This document shows, piece after piece, positions 58,551 through 64,000 of a DNA stretch of 64,000 nt. Position 1 is the stretch's first letter. Each line of letters opens with the position of its first letter. Below the pieces are notes generated by a model, which was not told the origin of the DNA, made no database searches, and saw nothing but the letters and a program-made list of their open reading frames with translations. A program made the position numbers and the translations under genes. The DNA comes from Candidatus Flemingiibacterium sp. GTDB lineage: Bacteria; Bacillota; Clostridia; Oscillospirales; CAG-272. Location of the stretch: contig JAZNMQ010000070.1 of the NCBI GenBank assembly GCA_045579745.1, positions 3,383 through 67,382 on the forward strand, read 5' to 3'.

Positions 58551-59435
58551 ATGGAATATATCATGATGGCGATTTCCTATATCTGGAATATTATCTCCGA
58601 CATAACTTTAATAGATATTATTGATATAGCGATAGTAGCGTTCGTCTTTTATTATATCTATAAATTTATTCGTGAGAGGCGTGCGGGCAAGCTTGCCGCA
58701 GGTATATTAATTCTGATATTGGTTCTCTTTTTGAGCGATGTTTTGCAGATGAACGCGATGCAGTTCATTTTGCAAAATGTATTTCAGGTCGGTATGATCG
58801 CACTGATTATAGTCTTTCAGCCCGAGCTTCGCTCTGCGCTTGAAAAGGTCGGAGCGGAACCGCTTAAGGGTCTTCGCAGTATTGGCGACTCAAAGACAAG
58901 AACCGGTGCTCAAACCGCCGCTATGATTTCTGAGGTTACTCAGGCGGTGTGCGATATGTCGTTTGACAAAACCGGCGCACTTATAGTTATCGAGCGCTCA
59001 ACAAAGCTTGGAGATATTATCACGAGCGGAACGGTTGTAAATGCTAATCCCACTTCATTTTTGATACGCAATATCTTCTTTAATAAGGCACCGCTTCATG
59101 ACGGTGCGATGGTTATACGCGACGACCGTATCTGGTCGGCGGGATGCTTCCTGCCTCTATCTACAAACGACGATATAATAAAGGACCTTGGAACACGTCA
59201 CCGCGCCGCGATCGGAATGAGCGAGAACAGTGATGCCGTAATTATTGTCGTTTCCGAGGAAACGGGAACGATTTCTATAGCACTTGACGGACAGCTTCAC
59301 CGAAACTATTCATATAATACACTAAAAAACGAGCTTACCTCTCTGCTTCAGAAAGAGGAGCCTGCAGCAAATCCCGTCAAAAAGGGCGTTGGCTTCCTTC
59401 GCGGAAAAAGGGAAGAGAAAGCTGATAAGCAGTAG
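58551..59435 (+). CDS. cdaA: diadenylate cyclase CdaA
   Basis: Three N-terminal TM helices and a DAC domain (DGAMVIRDDRI, TRHRAAIGMSENSDA, VVSEETG). Confidence 0.9.
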   Translation: MEYIMMAISYIWNIISDITLIDIIDIAIVAFVFYYIYKFIRERRAGKLAAGILILILVLFLSDVLQMNAMQFILQNVFQVGMIALIIVFQPELRSALEKVGAEPLKGLRSIGDSKTRTGAQTAAMISEVTQAVCDMSFDKTGALIVIERSTKLGDIITSGTVVNANPTSFLIRNIFFNKAPLHDGAMVIRDDRIWSAGCFLPLSTNDDIIKDLGTRHRAAIGMSENSDAVIIVVSEETGTISIALDGQLHRNYSYNTLKNELTSLLQKEEPAANPVKKGVGFLRGKREEKADKQ

Positions 59436-59475
59436 TATTTGAAATTAAACGAGCAATTTTTGAAAGGATACAGCG

Positions 59476-60768
59476 ATGCCTGAAGATAAAGATATAACTC
59501 AAAATGGTGACGAGTACGAACGTCATGTCGCCGAAAACAGCGGTGATTATCAGGTAAAATCGGGTAAATATGAGCATATTATCGCAAAAGTGCTATGCGT
59601 TCTTGCGGCAGTAGTTCTTTGGTTTTATGTTGTGGGAACCGATTCCTCAACCGATGAAACCACGATATCCGGCGTAGCGATAGAGGTTCGCGGTATAGAA
59701 CTGATTCAAGAGGTTCAGGGGCTTTCTGTTATAAGCGGATACGACTGCGTAGTCGATGTAACGGTTCGGGGTGCAAAATCTTCAATAAAGCATCTTGATG
59801 TTGAGGATATCAAGGCGTATGTCGAGGCTGTGGATATTACAGAAGCGGGTGAATATGCGCTTGAGGTTCACACGACCTTGCCGAGCGGTGTTACGCTTGC
59901 AGGACAATCGGCTAATTTCATCAATATTTATGTTGATAAACGCACAACTGTAAGCATTCCGGTTAAGGTTGAGCCGTCGTTTACTATCGAGTCAACATAC
60001 ACGCTCGGAACACCTGAGCCCAGCATTGAGATGGTGAATGTAAGCGGCCCTGCTGAGGAGCTTGAGAAAATTTCCAGCGCGGTTGTGTCGCTTGATCTCG
60101 GCAGAGTAACAAAGACAATGACGGCTACGGGCAAGCTTGAGCTTGTTGATGAAAGCGGAGCAAGAATTACAAATCCGTATGTTAAAATGCAAACCTCAGA
60201 GGTTTCGGTCAGAATCCCCGTGTATACCTACAAGGATATACCCTTGACTGTCGATTACAAATACGGCTATTACAACGACTCCAATGTAAATATAAAGATT
60301 ACGCCTGCCTCGATCCGAATCAAGGGAGATCCCGATGAGCTCGAAAAAATCGAGAATCGCGCTGTATTGCAGCTTGACGAAAAGAAGATAACGGGCGACA
60401 GTACGCTTTCGGCAACTATCATGCTTCCGGATGGTATTGAAAATGTTAGTCAGTCGCGAACCGCTGAGGTTGCGATTACACATAAAAATACCGAAACCCG
60501 TTCGATCGTCGTATCGAATATTTCGGTGGTTAATCCCAACGGTCTGCGCTACTCGCTTGAAGCAGATTATATAACTGTTCAGTTCAGAGGTCCGCTCTCA
60601 CTCGTTTCGCTGTTAAACAGAAACAATGTTACTGCGACCATTGACCTCGGATATCTTAATAATGCGTCGGGAACTGTTTCCGTGCCCGTTTCCATCTCGG
60701 TAACAAGCGTTCTTTCGGGAAGCGTTTGGGAAATAGGCGAATACAAGATGAATGTCACTATAGGTTGA
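59476..60768 (+). CDS. cdaR: CdaR (YbbR-repeat) regulator of CdaA
   Basis: An N-terminal TM helix followed by repeated YbbR-like beta modules. It sits immediately downstream of cdaA. Confidence 0.8.
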   Translation: MPEDKDITQNGDEYERHVAENSGDYQVKSGKYEHIIAKVLCVLAAVVLWFYVVGTDSSTDETTISGVAIEVRGIELIQEVQGLSVISGYDCVVDVTVRGAKSSIKHLDVEDIKAYVEAVDITEAGEYALEVHTTLPSGVTLAGQSANFINIYVDKRTTVSIPVKVEPSFTIESTYTLGTPEPSIEMVNVSGPAEELEKISSAVVSLDLGRVTKTMTATGKLELVDESGARITNPYVKMQTSEVSVRIPVYTYKDIPLTVDYKYGYYNDSNVNIKITPASIRIKGDPDELEKIENRAVLQLDEKKITGDSTLSATIMLPDGIENVSQSRTAEVAITHKNTETRSIVVSNISVVNPNGLRYSLEADYITVQFRGPLSLVSLLNRNNVTATIDLGYLNNASGTVSVPVSISVTSVLSGSVWEIGEYKMNVTIG

Positions 60769-60769
60769 T

Positions 60770-62455
60770 ATGCGTAAAATAGTTATTGTAAAAAATTTGC
60801 GGCTGCCATTGACGGCGTCCATTGAGGACAGCTTTTTGGCCGCAAAAAAGAAGCTTTCACTTGACGGCGGAGAGTTCATCTCCGCCGCACTTCATAAACG
60901 CTCTATTGATGCAAGACGGCGTGGGGATGCACCGACCTTTGTTTATTCGGTAACGGTCGAATGCGAGATCTCCGAGGCTAAGTGCCGTAAAATATCGGGT
61001 ATTTCCGATGTTGAGATAATTAAGCGCGAGGAGCTTTGCGTTACATACGGAAAAGAGCAGATAAACAATCGTCCGCTTGTCGTAGGCTTTGGACCTGCGG
61101 GAATGTTTTCCGCGCTTTTGCTTGCAGAGCACGGTTATCGTCCGATTGTGATTGAGCGCGGTGGAGATGTTGCAGAGCGAAGCGCGGCTGTTAATGAGTT
61201 TATCAAGACGGGAAGACTTAATACGGCTTCAAATATTCAATTCGGCGCCGGGGGAGCGGGAACTTTTTCCGATGGAAAGCTTGTTACCCGCATACATGAC
61301 CCACTTTGCACCTATGTGCTTGAAAGATTTGTCGAATTCGGTGCTCCGAGAGAGATTTTGTGGCTTGCTAAGCCGCATGTCGGAACAGACCGCCTTGTTG
61401 GGATAGTTGATGGAATCGCAAGGCGAATAACCGAGCTTGGCGGCGAGATACGGTATAATACAATGCTTGACGATATCGTGATATCAAACGGCTCGGTCAC
61501 AAAAGCTATTCTTAAATCAACATCCTCGCAAATGCATAGCGACGAGCTTGAAATAAGCGCGCTTATACTTGCTATCGGGCACAGCGCGCGCGATACCTAT
61601 GAGATGCTGGCGTCGCGAGGACTGACCTTGATTGCCAAGCCGTTTTCGGTCGGTGTTCGCGTAGAGCATCTTCAAAGCGATATCAATAGCGCGCTATATG
61701 GAAAATACGCTGACCTGACCGATAAAAACGGAAAGCCGATTCTCCCTCAAGGCGAATATGCGCTATCGATGCGCGAGGTTCAGAAAAACCTGAAATCCGA
61801 TACCGCGAGAGGTGTTTACACCTTCTGCATGTGTCCCGGCGGTGAGGTTATGGCATCTGCGAGTGAGGTCGGAGGTGTCGTTACAAACGGAATGAGCAGA
61901 TACGCTCGTGACGGAATGAATGCCAATGCCGCAGTAGCTGTTTCGGTGTTCCCCGAGGATATCGGCGGAGGCTGGTCTGACGGCATAGCGTTTCAACGCT
62001 CGCTTGAGAGGGCGGCATTTAATGCGGCGGATGTCGGACTTTATGACTACAGAGCCCCGGTTGAAACACTCGGAGATTTTCTTGACGGAAAAACATCCGG
62101 TTTTACAGAGCCTAAGAGAATTATGCCAACCTATCGAAACGGAGCTTTCACGCTTTGCGATCTCTCGTCAGTGCTTCCGGGCTTCGTTTCGGATATGCTA
62201 AAAAAGGGCTTTGGAAATTTCGGAACAAAGCTTCGCGGCTATGATGTGCGCGATGCGGTCTTGACGGGCGTTGAAACGCGAACATCATCTCCGGTCAGAA
62301 TAATCCGTCAGGGTGAAATGACTGCTTCAGCGGCGCAGAATCTCTATCCTTGCGGAGAGGGCGCGGGATATGCTGGCGGTATTACAAGCGCGGCAGTAGA
62401 CGGGATGCGCACTGCGATGGCTTTAATGAATAAATTCGCTCCGTTTGATAAATAA
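60770..62455 (+). CDS. FAD/NAD(P)-binding oxidoreductase (COG2509-like, function unknown)
   Basis: Dinucleotide fold VVGFGPAGMFSALLLAEHGYRPIVIERG and a C-terminal GEGAGYAGGI block. Its start overlaps the cdaR stop region. Confidence 0.75.
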   Translation: MRKIVIVKNLRLPLTASIEDSFLAAKKKLSLDGGEFISAALHKRSIDARRRGDAPTFVYSVTVECEISEAKCRKISGISDVEIIKREELCVTYGKEQINNRPLVVGFGPAGMFSALLLAEHGYRPIVIERGGDVAERSAAVNEFIKTGRLNTASNIQFGAGGAGTFSDGKLVTRIHDPLCTYVLERFVEFGAPREILWLAKPHVGTDRLVGIVDGIARRITELGGEIRYNTMLDDIVISNGSVTKAILKSTSSQMHSDELEISALILAIGHSARDTYEMLASRGLTLIAKPFSVGVRVEHLQSDINSALYGKYADLTDKNGKPILPQGEYALSMREVQKNLKSDTARGVYTFCMCPGGEVMASASEVGGVVTNGMSRYARDGMNANAAVAVSVFPEDIGGGWSDGIAFQRSLERAAFNAADVGLYDYRAPVETLGDFLDGKTSGFTEPKRIMPTYRNGAFTLCDLSSVLPGFVSDMLKKGFGNFGTKLRGYDVRDAVLTGVETRTSSPVRIIRQGEMTASAAQNLYPCGEGAGYAGGITSAAVDGMRTAMALMNKFAPFDK

Positions 62456-62461
62456 CGGGTT

Positions 62462-62523
62462 TTGCATGCAAGATACTAATGCATGCAAAATTCTATTGCA
62501 TGCAAATCAAGATTTACATGCAA
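62462..62523. repeat. four tandem copies (17-18 bp period) of the 10-bp palindrome TTGCATGCAA
   Basis: ttgcatgcaa 62462-62471, atgcatgcaa 62479-62488, ttgcatgcaa 62496-62505, ttacatgcaa 62514-62523. Confidence 0.9.
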
Positions 62524-62531
62524 CAAACATA

Positions 62532-62547
62532 CAATATATATATATTG
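62532..62547. repeat. perfect 16-bp AT-rich palindrome
   Basis: caatatatatatattg equals its own reverse complement. Confidence 0.85.
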
Positions 62548-62554
62548 CTTTTTA

Positions 62555-62589
62555 CGGCTCTCGCGCTTGAATGTCGGGAGCCGTTTTTT
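62555..62589 (+). terminator. rho-independent terminator of the cdaA-cdaR-oxidoreductase transcript
   Basis: cggctctcg (62555-62563) pairs with cgggagccg (62575-62583), with one G-U pair, followed by tttttt (62584-62589). Confidence 0.7.
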
Positions 62590-62720
62590 CTTAAAACATG
62601 GTCAAAAACGGAGAATTCGCGAGGATTTTTAAGATTTTTGCATATTTTCCCAAGAAAACAGCAGAAAAACGCAGATAATATAAAAAATTCTAAAAAATTA
62701 TGATTTTTTTGAAAAAACTA

Positions 62721-62749
62721 TTGATTTTTTTTTATAACTCTGCTACAAT
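62721..62749 (+). promoter_or_regulatory. sigma-A type promoter upstream of potA
   Basis: TTGATT (62721-62726), 17-nt spacer, TACAAT (62744-62749). This implies a leader of about 175 nt. Confidence 0.5.
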
Positions 62750-62929
62750 AATGCTGTCATGATATTTTAACATAGCAAAGCGTTAAATCATCATGAGGGT
62801 GTATTTCGCCGACGATTTGTTTTGCCATCTCTTTCCGGTCGTCCGATGCCGTTTTGTCGGAGTATTGGTTCGGGGTGTTTTTTTTCGTTCGGCAGCAAAA
62901 ATTAATTTATAAGGAGCAATCAGAACAAA

Positions 62930-64000
62930 ATGGACAAAAACAAAATCATCGAACTGAAAAACATCACCATGGAGTACGAAGGCGAGAAGGTATTGAAGGG
63001 CATCAACCTCGATATCCACGACAAGGAATTTGTAACTCTCCTCGGTCCGTCCGGCTGTGGAAAGACGACAACTCTGCGTATCGTCGGAGGCTTCATTACT
63101 CCCGATTCAGGTGACGTGTTTTTCGGAGGCAAGCGCGTAAACGACATTCCGCCGTATAGGCGCCCTGTCAACACTGTTTTTCAGAAATACGCTTTATTCC
63201 CACACTTGAACGTTTTCGAAAATGTAGCCTTCGGACTTCGTCTTAAAAAGACACCCGAATCGGAAATCACTCGACGTGTAGGCGAAATGCTTGAGATAGT
63301 TGACCTTAAAGGCTACGACAAGCGCGGCGTCAATCAGCTATCGGGCGGTCAGCAGCAGCGTATTGCCATTGCTCGCGCGCTGATTAACAACCCGAAGGTG
63401 CTTCTTCTCGACGAGCCGCTTGGCGCACTCGACTTAAAGCTCAGAAAAGAGATGCAGATTGAGCTTAAAAAGATTCAACAGCGTCTTGAAATAACTTTTA
63501 TTTATGTAACACACGACCAGGAGGAGGCTCTCACAATGAGCGATACCGTGGTCGTTATGAAGGACGGTACCATCCAACAGATAGGTACACCTCAGGATAT
63601 ATACAACGAGCCGATCAATGCTTTTGTTGCAGACTTTATCGGCGAATCCAATATTCTTCCCGGAATTATGCACCGCGATCACCTTGTTGAATTTGCAGGC
63701 AATAACTTCGAGTGCGTTGACTCCGGATTTGCTCCGATGGAGCCCGTAGATGTTGTTATTCGCCCTGAGGATATCACTCTCGTTCCTGCATCCGATGAGG
63801 TGCTGAACGGAGTGGTTGAAAACGTACAGTTCAAGGGCGTCCATTATGAGATTATTGTAAAAGCCTACTCTGACACATGGATAATCCATTCAACAAAGGC
63901 TCCGCAGGTCGGACAGATTGTTGGTATTACCCTGACTCCCGAGGATATCCACATAATGAAAAAGAGTGAGGTCAAAAAGGTGAACTATTTCACTGACCAT
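62930..64000 (+). CDS. potA: spermidine/putrescine ABC transporter ATP-binding protein, 3' end beyond window
   Basis: Not in the ORF track because there is no stop before the window end. My translation from ATG 62930 (AAGGAG RBS) gives [16 protein letters not shown]..., Walker [10 protein letters not shown], signature LSGGQQQR, Walker [12 protein letters not shown], and a PotA-type TOBE tail. Confidence 0.9.
   Translation, partial: MDKNKIIELKNITMEYEGEKVLKGINLDIHDKEFVTLLGPSGCGKTTTLRIVGGFITPDSGDVFFGGKRVNDIPPYRRPVNTVFQKYALFPHLNVFENVAFGLRLKKTPESEITRRVGEMLEIVDLKGYDKRGVNQLSGGQQQRIAIARALINNPKVLLLDEPLGALDLKLRKEMQIELKKIQQRLEITFIYVTHDQEEALTMSDTVVVMKDGTIQQIGTPQDIYNEPINAFVADFIGESNILPGIMHRDHLVEFAGNNFECVDSGFAPMEPVDVVIRPEDITLVPASDEVLNGVVENVQFKGVHYEIIVKAYSDTWIIHSTKAPQVGQIVGITLTPEDIHIMKKSEVKKVNYFTDH

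Noticed and set aside
62462-62523. Possible CRISPR array or iteron-type replication origin
   Set aside because: The repeats are only 10 bp long with 7-8 bp spacers and there are only four units. No cas, rep or par genes are nearby. The array is therefore kept as a finding of unknown function, not as a CRISPR or origin.
62532-62547. AT-rich palindrome as an NrdR box or dif site
   Set aside because: There is a single box only, whereas NrdR sites occur in pairs upstream of nrd genes, and there are no nrd genes here. The sequence does not align with the Firmicutes dif consensus as I remember it.
62479-62703. 74-aa ORF spanning the palindrome array and terminator
   Set aside because: It has no RBS, runs through a rho-independent terminator, and its AT-rich, low-complexity translation looks non-genic.
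62756-62929. Possible riboswitch or attenuator in the roughly 175-nt potA leader (T8 run at about 62876)
   Set aside because: I could not find a convincing stem immediately preceding the T-run, nor any known riboswitch core. Only short 4-5 bp pairings are available. It would need RNA folding and covariation analysis before any claim.

Overview
This is a 64-kb chromosomal window from a Firmicutes/Clostridia-type genome. The evidence is GGAGG ribosome-binding sites, TTGACA-17-TATAAT promoters, a T-box leader, rex, a DnaD/DnaI-type helicase loader, cdaA-cdaR and a clostridial fab/acc gene order. It is densely coding and mostly housekeeping or central metabolism. Genes I can support include a 5'-truncated GH2 glycosidase, pyk, two anion/phosphate permeases, a uracil permease-upp operon, a GH4 glycosidase, galU, and a dCMP deaminase/LMW-phosphatase/rimI/tsaD operon. 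Also present are an isocitrate dehydrogenase-family gene, rex, a TAXI-TRAP transporter, uxuA, hom, an ALDH, T-box-controlled thrS, and a nine-gene fab/acc cluster. The window ends with a four-subunit 2-oxoacid:ferredoxin oxidoreductase operon, cdaA-cdaR and a 3'-truncated potA. I saw no rRNA, tRNA, CRISPR array, transposase, integrase or recognisable defence system.

Items worth a second look:
1. An orphan activase plus a short 744-aa glycyl-radical enzyme with a Cys-x-Glu loop and unassigned chemistry, divergent from an ALDH.
2. Two paralogous >1000-aa CBM9-like/cadherin-like/beta-helix proteins about 35 kb apart. Only one has a signal peptide and a membrane anchor.
3. A 2.1-kb two-gene XRE-regulator cassette bounded by 34-bp inverted repeats (28/34) that abut the stop codons of convergent uxuA and hom.
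4. A four-copy, 17-bp-period array of the palindrome TTGCATGCAA in a 3' UTR.
5. A P-loop NTPase leading the oxidoreductase operon.
6. A fab cluster without fabD or an enoyl-ACP reductase.

All functional calls come from motif recognition by eye, with no database search. Nothing here is demonstrably a new system; the glycyl-radical module is my best candidate.
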